A model generated the notes under the pieces. That model was not told the DNA's origin. It worked only from the letters and a program-made list of their open reading frames with translations, and did not search any database. Positions 43,717 to 57,850 of a stretch of 64,000 nucleotides of DNA are shown in pieces; the first letter of the stretch is position 1, and each line of letters opens with the position of its first letter. Made by a program: the position numbers and the translations under genes. The stretch lies in NCBI RefSeq assembly GCF_009914755.1, contig NC_060926.1, one strand, 5' to 3'. This DNA is from the human T2T-CHM13v2.0 reference genome, Homo sapiens.

Positions 43717-44180
43717 AGTATAAATATATATATAGTGTGTGTATATATATAGTATAACAGTATAAACAGTGTTTATAGTATAAGCAATGCCAGTGCTCAA
43801 CTGGAGAATTGCTGTTAATTCCACTAAACAATATATATCATAAATATATAGTGAAATTATATGTATATAATTTCAACATATATAGTTGAAATTATTGTGG
43901 AAATCAAATGAAATGATATATATATATATATATATATATCACATTTTCTTTATCCACTTATTGATTAATGAGCATTTGGGCTGGTTCTATATTTTTGCAA
44001 TTGCAAATTGTGCTGCTATAAACATGCGTGTACAAGTATCTTTTTAGTATAATGACTTCTTTCCTTCTAGGTAGAAACCTAGTAGTGGGATTGCTGAAAC
44101 AAATGGTAGATCTACTTTTTTTGTGGTTTTGATTTGCATTTCCCTGATAATTAGTGATGTTAAGCATTTTTCCATAGGCT
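43300..44180 (-). mobile_element. L1PB 3' fragment with a complex (TA)n insertion and an internal deletion
   Basis: 'taagttatttagtggtgatttctgagattttggtgcac' L1PB terminus; jump 'tctactttttt|gtggttttgatttgc' near 44120. Confidence 0.92.
43681..43940. repeat. Complex (TA)n tract with templated snippets
   Basis: (TA)n at both ends enclosing non-repetitive pieces that match 44808-44849 and 41031-41060. Confidence 0.92.
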
Positions 44181-44497
44181 TGTGTCACCAATAAATTTTT
44201 GATATGTAAATGTAGTCTTTTTGCATAGCTATGCAAATATGTATTATTATTTTATTTTTAAAATTGTCGATGTAAACATGAGGTAAAGTCTTTTTTTCAG
44301 TATCTATTTTCTCTTTTGAAATACTTACAAAAATGATTGAGAAAAGGAAAACAATCATAGATCATTGTATTACCCTAAAAGGGCAAAGATTTTGGGATAA
44401 AGAAGGATGGGAAGGTAAGGGGTTTCCTAAATTTCTTGGCTTTTGCCTCGAATGACTATTTGTTAGGAGATTAAAGGTTTTTACAAAATGTGCCAGT

Positions 44498-44856
<359 letters not shown>

Positions 44857-45249
44857 CTATGCCATTAATAGAAATGAATATTTTCACGTAGTGATATATT
44901 TTTAAATGATATTTATGGCAAACATCCGTTAGTTGACAACCCAGAGCTCTGGCATTTGCCATAACTTTGCAAAAAAAATTATTGTGCTAAACATAATTAT
45001 GGTTATTTTTTCTTCAACGAAAAGCTTAGTACTGAAATTTGGTTATGTTCCAGAATCTAAATTTCTGTTTCCATCTGAGCAAGTCTACGAAGTAATTGGT
45101 CTATTTTATTAGTATAAAATTGACTGTATGGGTAACTTGAAATATATACACTGTACATACATGTCAGAAAAGTTACAAAATGGCAAAAATAATATGTTGT
45201 TCTTGCTTTCAGAGCAGGAAACAATGAAGTGGTGGGGGTGGGTGCTTGA

Positions 45250-45460
45250 TGGGGTAGAAGCTTCAATTAAATGTCAGAATACTCAGGTTTCACTCCTGAT
45301 TTAGAAACTTCACTGGAAACTGAAGCACATCGCTGAAGCTCATTAAGCTTCAGATTTCCCCTATGTAAATGGAATGCTAATATCTGATCCTATCATCCCA
45401 GTAAGTTTCTGTGAGGATCTTGTGATACGATGTATGTGAACACACTATGTAAATATATGG
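45250..45460 (+). mobile_element. MIR relic
   Basis: 'cttcagatttcccctatgtaaatggaatgctaata...gtgaggatcttgtgatacgatgtatgtgaa'. Confidence 0.6.
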
Positions 45461-46764
45461 CAATATTCATCAAAGTATCGTCTTATGGTGCCCTATTCTC
45501 TTCTTGATACAAATATTTCATTTTCCCTGTTTTAAAATAGTCTTTTTTATTATACCAGGAATAAATGAATATTTTATCATCAGAGAAATACAAGCATTAC
45601 CATAATATACATAAAAGAAAATGGAAGACCCCTGACTTGCCTGTCTCCAGATCTTCCTTCCTCTTTAGTGGTATCTCTATAAACAATTTAATGAGTTTTC
45701 TTTCAGAAATGTTCTAAGCATATATGTATGCAAGAATATGAAACATAATTTTATTTCATATAATTGGGATCACAAAGTTTATTTCTAACTCACAAATTTA
45801 GCTTGTTAAAACAGCACAAGGTTTTCCCCCCTCTGTTTTCCACTTAGGAAAAATGTGACACAATTAGCACTGCAGTTGTTTCAGGTAGAGAACTGATGGA
45901 AAAAGAAAGGTTAAAGGAGTCGTAGGAAAGATGGGACAGGTTTTTGTATTGCAACAAGGACAAAACCCATATACAAATGAATGTGTTTCAGTTCTCATAG
46001 TCATGAAACCCCATTGTGTTAACAAATGGGAAATAACACTTCATGGCAGCCAATCTAAAATAATCTCTATGTGATGAGTACCACTGGCAGATCCGCCAAG
46101 ATGCACAGATTCTCAGTGTGATCACATAGATTTCATCGGTCACAAACAGAGAAAAGCTCATGATTGCACTGAAAACGATGGCAGTGGTGCCAGCCCAGAA
46201 ATCACAGCTCAGGCTCCTGCACGATAGCAGACTATCACGCCTGCCACTTGACAGGTGTGCACTAAAATTTATGTAAAGCTTTTCTAGCCAAGCCATCAGG
46301 CTGCTAAAAAGAATAGTGAATGCCTTGAGCCTTGACATTTATTACAGCTTTGCCAGCATATCTGTCTTGTAGAGTGTGATTTGAAAAACGATATGTCTAA
46401 CCATGATCTTAATAAGCTCATTTGTTCCAGGATCTCATTGTACTTGTGCTTGCTGATAGAAAAGGAGAGGGCCAACAATATAAATAAAGGAGGCTTCCTT
46501 GTGAAATGGCTGTACTTACTGCAATATGGAGACAGTCCTGATGTTTAACATTGCCAGTTGCCATACGTAAGAGAGGAATTACAGTGCTACTTTGAGACGT
46601 TTCATAACGGAGGGTCCAGTTCTTTAATAACCTTAATTTCAATCAATTTGCCACAAACACTGAAATTAAAGCATGCAGTAAATGTTCTGGTGGAGATGTA
46701 ATATAATATAATAATATATATTATATTGTATGTAATTATATACAATATTACTAATATTAGTAAG

Positions 46765-47146
46765 TGATGTAGTTAGGCTTTGTGTCTCCACCGATATCTC
46801 ATCTTGAATTGTAATCCCCAAAATCCCCATAATTCCCACATGTCAAGGGAGAGACCAGGTGAAGATAATTGAATCATGGGAGTGGTTTCCCCCAAGCTGT
46901 TCTAATGATAGGGAGTGAGTTCTTAGGAGATCTGATGGTTTTATAAGGGGATCTTAGTCCTTTGCTCAGCACTTCTCCTCCCTACCACCTTGTGAAGAAG
47001 GTGCCTTGCTTCCCCTTTGCCTTCCACCATGATTATAAGTTTCCAGAGGCCTCCCTAGCCATCTCTAAGTCAATTAATCCTCTTTCCTTTACAAATTACC
47101 CAGTCTGAGGCAGTTCTTTTTAGCAATATGAAAATGGACTAATACA
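46765..47146 (+). mobile_element. THE1 (THE1D-like) solo LTR
   Basis: 'tgatgtagttaggctttgtgtc...atctcatcttgaattgtaatcccc' to 'aaaatggactaataca'; TSD gtaag/gtgag. Confidence 0.92.
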
Positions 47147-48034
47147 GTGAGGAAAAATTTCTTTAATTATATTTCAAAGAAAACTGAAGTTTTTTGTTTA
47201 CCATTCGTTTTTAAAAGACTAAAGATACTTTTCATGTATTTTTATTTATTATTGAAATACCCTTGGATGACAAAGATGGGACAAGTGTCATTCCCTGTTG
47301 ATTCAGGAAAAGCAAAAAGAAGTCAGACAGATGCTTAAAACTAACTTGCCCCAGTGCCTGTACTATAGTTAGCAAACACATTTCTCAATTTTCAGTGTAC
47401 AGTGCTTTTTTTCTGGATAAATATAAGCCTCAGCACACACCACCTGTATTTAAATACATTTATTTTTATAAATGCGCTTGTCTATTAAGATATAATATTG
47501 AAGCACAGATAATAAAATGGTACTTTAGAAAGCATTATTGTGTTATCAAGAAATGCAATATTTTTTTGTATTACAGAGGACTTGATCTTGCATTTCTTCT
47601 CCTTACTTCTATCAAAATAAATATTTCATTTAATGGAAATCTTATCCTCTTATCTTTTCTATTTCTTTATTCTAGTAAGTTCTTATGTCCTTTCCTGCCC
47701 ATCTTTGTGCCTCTCAACATTATTTGTTTTCTGGTGAAAATAAATAACCAAGAACTCTAAAAAGACCCAATTAAGAAAAACTCTATAAATAAACAAAATT
47801 AGAGAGAACGGTAATACAGTGCAGTAGTCTATTTGCAAATGAATTTTAAAATCTAAATAAGATGAAATGAACAATTTTCTAGAAAATAGTAATTATTATT
47901 TTATTTATATAATTTTATTAATATAAAATATTTAAAAATATAATTAAGAAGAAGACATAAACTTGAACAGAGCTACTGGTGCATTCATAATTTTGGAGAA
48001 AACTGAAAATACCATCAGAGAATTACCTTCAGGA

Positions 48035-49185
<1,151 letters not shown>

Positions 49186-49627
49186 GATCCAAAGTATAGT
49201 ACTTTTACCAGGCAATCATTTCATATTTTTCAAGTAACTGAAGATCTCCTTGGTAAATTTTCCCAGCATATTGAAAAGGATAGCATATTATATCACTTAT
49301 TTTATGTTAACTTAATAGTAAAATTTGGTAGAGATGGTACACAGAAAGAAAATATTACAATACACTAGTCTCCTGGATACATACGAATAAATATGCAAAG
49401 TCCAAAATAAAATAAATACAAGTGAATTGAATATAGTACCATATTTTAAAATGCATTTTTCCTTTTCTTCTTTTTTTATATTTTTTCTTTTATTTACAAC
49501 CAACCAAACCAAATAACATAGCTATAATTTTATCAATCTCAGAACTATAAATTTAAGTCAAACAGAACATAAAGATTTTTTTATATCAACTCATTTATTT
49601 TATTTTTTTGCTGGGGTAGAGGATGAC

Positions 49628-51266
49628 ATTTTATTTTTTATGTTTTTAAATTATACTTTAAGTTCTGGAGTATATGTGCAGAACCTGCAGTTTTGTTACA
49701 TAGGTATACACGTGCCATGGTGGTTTCCTGCACCCATCAACCCCATCAAACTGTCACCTACATTTGGTATTTCTCCTAATGTTATCCCTCCCCAAGCCCC
49801 CCACCTCCTGACAGGCCCTAGTGTGTGATGTTCCCCTCCCTATGTGCATGTGTTCTCATTGTTCAACTCCCACTTATGAGTGAGAACGTGGTGTTTTTCT
49901 GTTCTTGTGATAGTTTGCTGAGAATGATGGTTTCCAGCTTCATACATGTCCCTGCAAAGGACATGAACTCATCCTTTTTTATGGCTGCATAGTATTCCGT
50001 GCTCTATATGTGCCACATTTTCTTTATCCAATCTATTATTGTTGGACATTTGGGTTGGTTCCAAGTCTTTGCCATTGTGAATAGTGTCACAATGAACATA
50101 CGTGTGCATGTGTCTTTATAATAGAATGATTTATAATACTTTGGATATATACCCAGTAATGGGATTGCTGGGTCATATGGTATTTCTTGTTCTAGGTCCT
50201 TGAGGAATAGCCAGACATGTCTTCCACAATGGTTGAACTAGTTTACAGTCCCACCAACAGTGTAAAAGTGTTCCTATTTCTCCACATCCTCTCCAGCATC
50301 TGTTGTTTCCTGACTTTTTAATGATCACCATTCTAACTGATGCAAGATGGTATCTCATTGTGGTTTTGATTTGCATTTCTCTAATGACCAGTGAAGATCA
50401 GCATTTTTTCATATGTCTGTTGGCTGCATAAATATCTTCTTTTGAGAAGTGTCTGTTCATATCATTTGCCCACTTTTTGATGGTTTTTTTTTTCTTGTAA
50501 ATTTGTTTAAGTTATTTGTAGATTTTGGATATTAGCCCTTTGTCAGATGGGTAGATTGCAAAAATTTTGTCCCATTCTGTAGGTTGCCTGTTCATTCTGA
50601 TGATAGTTTATTTTGCTGTGCAGAAGCTCTTTAGTTTAATTAGATACCATTTGTCAATTTGGGCTTTTGTCATCATTGTTTTTGGTGTTTTAGACATGAA
50701 GTCTTTGCCCATGCCTATGTCCTGAATGGCATTGCCTAGGTTTTCTTCTAGGACTTTTATGGTCATAGGTCTTACATTTAAGTCTTTAATCTGTCTTGAA
50801 TTGATTTTTGTATAAGGTGTAAGGAAGGGGTCCAGTTTCAGTTTTCTGCATATGGCTAGCCAGTTTTCCCAACATTTATTAAATAGAGAATATTTTCCCC
50901 ATTGTGTGTTTGTGTCAGGTTTGTCAAAGATCAGATGGTTGTAGATGTGTGGTGTTCTTTCTGAGGCCTCTGTTCTGTTCCATTGGTCTATATATCTGTT
51001 TTGGTACAAGTATCATGCTGTTTTGGTTACTGTAGCCTTGTAGTATAGCTTGAAGTCAGGTATCATGATGCCTCCAGCTTTGTTCTTCTTGCCCACGATT
51101 GTATTGGCTGTGCAGGCTCTTTTTTGGTTCCATATGAAGTTTAAAGTGGTTTTTTCCAATTCTGTGAAGAAAGTCAGTGGTAGCTTGATGGGGATAGCAT
51201 TGAATCTATAATTACTTCGGGCAGTATGGCCATTTTCACGATATTGATTCTTCCTATCCATGAGCA
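49628..51266 (-). mobile_element. L1PA (PA7/8-like), 5'-truncated, about 1.6 kb
   Basis: 'ttatactttaagttctggag' terminus; ORF2 C-terminal fragments ([39 protein letters not shown]). Confidence 0.96.
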
Positions 51267-52359
51267 ATTTTTCTTGATGAAGTAAAAGTATGTCTTACAA
51301 TTAAAAAATTATTAAAATAAGCTGCCTAAATTGATTGAAAGAGAAAACCTATTAATAGTTTAATACTAAATGCATTTGATATATTTCAATGTCAATTTTT
51401 AAGCCCAGCTCAATTACTTCCTCCTCTAAGAAGACTTCTTTGATTTATTTGGGTGAAAGTAAGCTCTACTTTGAACAATCATATCACTAAATTTATTTTT
51501 TTTGTGTATAAAACCATTTACACTATATCTTATATTGTCAGTATTTGTGTATATACTATCATCTATTTTACTTAGCTATTATCTCCAAATAGTAGTGATT
51601 TTGTTGTATTAATTTCTTATCTCTCATAGCATCCAGGACAGAGTAGCTTCCTTATAAATGCTTTCTGAATAAACATATGAAATTAAACACATCCTACTTA
51701 AAATTATAAATGATAGAATATGTATAGATAGAAATAACAATTATTTGTATAGGCATCTTTTTTGGCATCATTTAATAATTGAGCACATCATTATATACCA
51801 GAAGTCAGAATGTAGCCTTTTGAACCACTTTGTCATCATGATACTTCTTCTTGGTTTATACATAGGAAGGGACTGGCATATTTTATTTCATGACAGGGGC
51901 TACAGTATTATTTACCCCGGGGAGATTTTTGTTATTTCTTTTTCTTTTTATGATTGGAGAACAGCAGAAAACTGTAGATAACGTAGTAATGCAATGAATA
52001 AAATTAATTTCTGTAAATTTTTGAAAATCATGAAGTTACATAATTACATTATGGAATTCTACAGTAAACTGAAATTCTTATAAAAATTATATAATGCTTT
52101 GCCTCTAAATAACCCAAAATGCTTTTATCTGTTATATGATTTTATTTGGGTAAATTTATACACCGACTCATTTAATTATGAATCTTTATTAAGGAATTAT
52201 AGCTTAAGGATAAGTCCAAAGTTACCCATATTGTATGGGATTTACTCAATAATGCTCCCAATTAAAATGATACCATATTGCTTTGATCTCCAAATTACAA
52301 AATGTAGATATCTCTCCCAAATGTTTTGTTTGCCTCTGTGTGGCCATGTCATAAAGAGG

Positions 52360-52590
52360 TAGCCTGATGTAGTGGAAAAAAACCACAGGGTTTGGTTCCA
52401 GACAAAATCGGTGTCTTATTATTGCTCTGCCATTTATGTAGCTGGCTGAGATTGGGAATGTTATATAATGATACTGGGCCTTGATTTGTTTGTTCTCCCC
52501 ATAGGAATAAGTACTTACACTGTATTTATGCTGAAGATGAAATTATATAATGAATCTGAAGACATGTACCAGGTGTTAAACTAATGCTAA
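52360..52590 (+). mobile_element. MIR relic
   Basis: 'tgtagtggaaaaa...cagggtttggttccagaca...gctctgccattta...gaagatgaaatta'. Confidence 0.6.
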
Positions 52591-55464
52591 TTTTTCCCAT
52601 TATGAAAGACCATGGGTCATTGGATTTTCTGTGCCTTTGCTAACTGGTTCTACAGGGTTTTATTTTTCTTCTGAGCATCTAGGGAAAAAAGAACACAAGT
52701 TCCAGGAGCTCAGGAGCAGGACTGTTATGTCCATCCAACAAGTTAACCCATGTTTGACAAGTAAAGATGCTCAATCAGTTAATGAAAAAGAAGAATGTGT
52801 GAAAAAATTTCTGAGTTTTTTTTCACTTTGTGCCCACCAAAAGATGATTTCTAAAAGTCATATGACAAAACATTTTTTTCATTGGCAATTTAAAATTCTT
52901 AAAATTTTTCAGCATCTCTTTGACATTCTCACTCCCCTCACTAATCCAAGTAAAACTCAAATTTAACTGCATGCATTTCTTAGGACTTGTTTATACACTT
53001 TCCTCATTGCTTTATATCTATTTTCTTCTATATTTATTCCTATCAATAGTATAAACCTAGCAGGATATAAATATAGGAATGTTTGTCTATTCTTTTCCTC
53101 CAGTTGCTGATCCAACCAGGCTATGCAAAATTTCCTTTTGTTGTCCCCTAAGGCTATGTCAGATAGATCGCATAACTCTTTGATCATTTTCAATTAATAA
53201 AATGTTATTTTTGGTTGAGCCCAGTTTAAGACATCTAGTTCATGTCTAATTTAATTATCCTCTCTTTTCTTTTTCCTAGGAATAGCTGAACTTCGTCCTG
53301 AGTAAGGGAGGGAACACAGTCCATTTTCCATTGCTCTCTCCCCTCTCATTTCTCACCCATTATCTCTTTTAGGAGAAAGAAGGTAATAAGAAATAAAAAG
53401 GATAGGCATTTCTTGCTTTTTCATTGTGATCCTCTCTTGGATGTTGCTGCTCCTCTAGTGAACCCTGACTGGCCATTGGTTTTTTTTGTGATGGCAAAAA
53501 AAAAAAAAAAATGCTTTAACTTTCATTGCAGGCACAGTTGAGTTCTTCAGGTACCTTATGGGGACATCTTCGTTACTGCTAAGACTTTTCCACTTTCCTT
53601 TTTTTCATATATACCCCAGCAGGGTGCCCCATAGCTTTTTGCCACTGAAGTTATTCTTCCAGCATGTGTTCATTTTAAATAGGGGTCCTAGGGAGTACCA
53701 AGTCTGGCTAATTTTTGCTACATCTACTTGAGCCACAGGAAACTTGCCAAGCCAAACGATGCAAGTAAAGGCTGCTCCACACTTGAGCTCTTCTCTGTCC
53801 TGCTATCTGTTTCCAATTCTTCTCTTTCCAGCTCAAACAGAAGCAAGGAGAAGATCCACAAGTTGGATGCTGCAAAATATTCTACTGAGAAATGAATTGT
53901 CCATGTTTACCAGCATCTCTAAACTCTCTGAATGATTCTCCTGGTCTCTTCCACCGTGATTCTCTGTAGACCCTCCTTCTGAATACAGTCAATGTCTCAG
54001 CAATCCTATGGCACCCTCCATCTCACATCTCTCTCCTTACTTTCTACTTAATTTTCATTGCATTTAGTCTAGGGTTTGGGAGCTCTGATATAACAGTTGA
54101 AAGTAGCAGAGCTAGTTTGGTTGTCTTCTAATAAATTCTAAAGTGGCTTTTCCCTCCTCCTTAATTTTGCTGTCTTCAGAATATATGAGTACTTGACAAC
54201 ATTTGTCTTGATTATGAATTCAATAACTAATTCTTGTGATATAGAGAAAGAAACTATCACTAATTTATTAATTTTTAAAAGTAGTGCTGTCTTTTCTTTC
54301 CACCATTTCCAATCAAAATGATGGAAATATAATTTATTGCCCAGATATCATTATGTCTTTTCTTTATTGAAAGTATAGGAATACTGAGGAGGTAGGGAAG
54401 TCCAAGAGGAGCAAATATGTACAAATCAATTACTATAACTATCAAAAGGTTGAGGGAGGGCCAAAAAACAACTTGCTGAAGCAAGACAAAAATAGTAATA
54501 AGGTGCCATAAACTTTAAGTGTTTATTGCTTCAGAGTATAGGTGGAACTGGCTTAGCTTCAACTAAACAGATGAAGCTGTGTGCTATTGTGCACTCAGTA
54601 CCAACAGTAGTGAGAAGATAAAAGATAGACATGTACAGCCCATGGGAGGTACAAGAGCCCTCATTATAGCCCCTCATCCTGCCAAGAATTTACAACAGAA
54701 CTCACTATGCTCTGCATCAACAAAAGACCAAGATTACGGCTAACCCAAACAGAAAGTCTATCAGTGGTGGGCTTTCCTCTGACCCAATTTTTCTTTGACT
54801 GATGACTTCATCTGGACGCAGGGAAGTGCTCTCCTGAACCTAAAGGATACTACTACAAACAGATGGTGACTTCTCTGCCTTAGACACAGAAATGCTGAAA
54901 AACACGTGGGATCCAATCAGACATAAAGACTACAAGTTTATAAAGTAGATTCAGGTCAAGATATTTAAAAATCTATATTCAAAAATTTTAAAAATAACAA
55001 ATATTTTATTTCCTCTTGAATGTATTGGCACCAAATTAAGACATATATGAAGGGTACACAGTATATAACACGTCCAGAAATTATTTATATATTTTATATA
55101 GCAAGACCTTAAACATATATTTCAACCATGAAATTAAGTTAAGTTTCTACTATACTTTCAAAATGGAGAATTCTGAGGAACTTCTATTTTCAGATAACAG
55201 TCTTGGTTAATGATTTAAAGAGTTACATCATCAAAAAGTCAGATTAAAGCAAGAAAGAGGATCTAGGGGTCAGGAAGCAGAGGATCCTGCAGAGGAGAGA
55301 AGCAAAGAGAATTTTTAGAATGATAGTGAAAAGAAGGGCAACCATGTGTATTAGTGATAAATCAGTAAAGTTTGGAGCTGAGTGATACAGAGGGCCAGGA
55401 AGATAAAATAGAAAGAATGGCTAATTGTAGATACTATAGGGAAGAATTTTAAAATAAAGCAAAA

Positions 55465-55810
55465 AATGACCCACCAATACCTCTGTTGTGTATATACCCA
55501 AAGGAAATGATATGAACATTTTATAGAGCTATCTGTACCCCCACGTTCATTGCAATATTATTCACAATAGCCAAAATATAGAAACAACTTAACTGTCCAT
55601 CAATGGGTAAATGGATAAAGAAATTGTGGTATATATACATAATGGAATATCATTCAACCTTAGCAAAGGAGATATTGGCATTTTCAGAAACATGGAGGAC
55701 ATTATGCTAAGTGAAATAAGACAGAGAGAAAAATGAAAAGCCCACATGATTTTATTTACATGTGGAATTTAAAGGGAAAGCTGAAAACATAAAACCAGGA
55801 ATAAAATGGT
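55465..55810 (+). mobile_element. Older L1M (MA/MB) 3' fragment; appears to resume at about 61706-61755 and 62477-62610
   Basis: 'tatacccaaaggaaatga...ttattcacaatagccaaaata...ggaggacattatgctaagtgaaataag'; downstream 'ggagatgaaatgtatagca...gactatagttagtaatactgtgttgtata'. Confidence 0.85.
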
Positions 55811-56031
55811 GAAACCCTATCTCTACTAAAAAAAAAAAATACAAAAATTAGCTGGGCGTGGTGGCACACACCTGTAATCCCAGCTGCTCAGGAGGCTGAG
55901 GCAGGAGAATCACTTGAAAGCGAGTGGTGGAGTTTGCAGTAAGCTGAGATTTTGCCACTGCACTCCAGCCTGGGTGACAGAGTGAGACTCTGTCAAAAAA
56001 CAAAACAAAATAAAACAAAACAAAACAAAAA
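55806..56031 (+). mobile_element. Alu lacking most of its left arm
   Basis: Begins at 'atggtgaaaccctatctctactaaaa'; complete right arm; (CAAAA)n tail. Confidence 0.94.
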
Positions 56032-56344
56032 CCACCACAGATAAGGAATTTATAATTTGGACTCCTCTTAGATAAATTTAACAAAGAGATTGAAATGGTT
56101 TTTCAAAAATCAAGCAGAAATTCTAGAGCTGAAAATTCAATCGACATATTGAAGAATGCATCAGACATGCCAACGACAGAATTGATCAAGTAGAAGAAAG
56201 AATTAGTGAACTTGAGGACAGGCTATTTGAAAAGACACAATCAGAGGAGACCAAAAAAAGATTTTAAAAAATGAAGCCTGCCTACAAGATCTAGAAAGTA
56301 GCCTCAAAAAGGCAAATCTAAGTATTATTGGCCTGAAAGAGGAG

Positions 56345-56360
56345 GTATATATATACACAT

Positions 56361-56396
<36 letters not shown>

Positions 56397-56414
56397 TTTT
56401 ATATATATATATAT
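56345..56414. repeat. (TA)n/(CA)n microsatellite in L1 ORF1
   Basis: Directly visible. Confidence 0.92.
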
Positions 56415-57850
56415 TAGAAAGTTTATGCAAAAGCATAACAGAGAACTTTCAAAACCTGGAGAAAAATATTAATATTCGAGTACAGGAAGGTTTTTAGACT
56501 ACCAAGGAGATTTAACTCAAAGAAGACTACTTCAATATATTTAATAATCAAACTCCCAAATGTCAAGGATAAAGAAAGGATCCTAAAGTCAGCAAGAGAA
56601 AAGAAACAAATATACAACAGAGCTTCGATATTTCTGATCTTCCACTGAAGCAGACTTCTCAGTGGAAACCTTACAGGCCAGGAGAGAGTGGCATAACGTA
56701 TTTAAAGTGCTGAAGGAAAAAAAAATTATCCTACAATAGTTTAACCAGTGGAAATACCCTGCAATCATGAAGGAGAAATAAAAATTTTCCCAGAAAAACA
56801 AGAGCTGAGGAACTTCATCAACACCAGACCTGTCTTACAAGAAATGCTAAAGGGAATTCATCAGTCTGAAAAGAAGTACATGAACAAGTAATAAAAAATA
56901 ATCTGAAGGTACAAAACGCAATGGTAATAGTAAGCACAAAGAAAAACACAGAATATTGTAACACAGTAATTGTGGTGTGTAAGCTACTCATATCTTGAGT
57001 AGAAAGACTAAATCATGAACCTATGAAAAAATAATATTAACTGTCAAGATACAGACGGTATAATAAGATACACACAGAAACAACAAAAAGTTAAAAAGCA
57101 GGGGAACAAAGTTAGAGTTTCTATTAGTTTTCTTATAGCTTGTTTGTTAGTTTGTTTTTGCAATCAGTGTTAAATTGCCATCAGTCTAAAGTAATGTATT
57201 ATAAGATGTTATTTGTAAGCCTCATGATAACCTCATATCAAGAAGCCTGCAACTGATACACAAAAAATAAAAAGCAAGAAATTAGACATACCACTGGAGA
57301 AAATCAGCTTCACAAAAAGGAAGACAGGAAGGAAAGAAACAAACAGGAGATCAGAAAACAACCAGAAATCAAATGACTAAATGGCAGGAATAAGTCCTTA
57401 CTTATCAACAATAACACTGAATGTAAATGGACTAAACTCTCCAATCAAAAGACAGAATAATTGAATGTATAATAAAACAAGACTCAATGATCTGTTGCCC
57501 ACAAGAAATGCACTTCACCTATAAAGACACTTATAAACTAAAAATAAAGGGAAGGAAACTGATATTCCAGACAAATCAAAACAAAATAAGAGAAGAAGCA
57601 GCTATACTCACTTTAGACAAAATAGATTTTAAGACAAAAACTGTAGAAACAGACAAAGAATGTCATCATATAATGACAAAGTTGTCAATTCAGCATGAGC
57701 ATATAACAATTGTAAATATATATGCATTCAACATATGAGCACACAGATATATAAAAAAAAAGTTAGCAGAGTTACAGAGAGAGAGATTGACGCCAATATG
57801 ACAATAGCTTAAGACTTCAGCATCCCATTCTCAGCATTTGACAGATCATC

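Noticed and set aside
45988-46642. Overlapping minus-strand ORFs as a pseudogene or transposase remnant
   Set aside because: No recognisable protein motifs, no poly-A/TSD and no TIRs.
53250-54960. Possible ancient LTR/LINE 5' relic or exon-bearing unique region
   Set aside because: I could not match it to any family or find convincing paired splice sites, so it is left unannotated.
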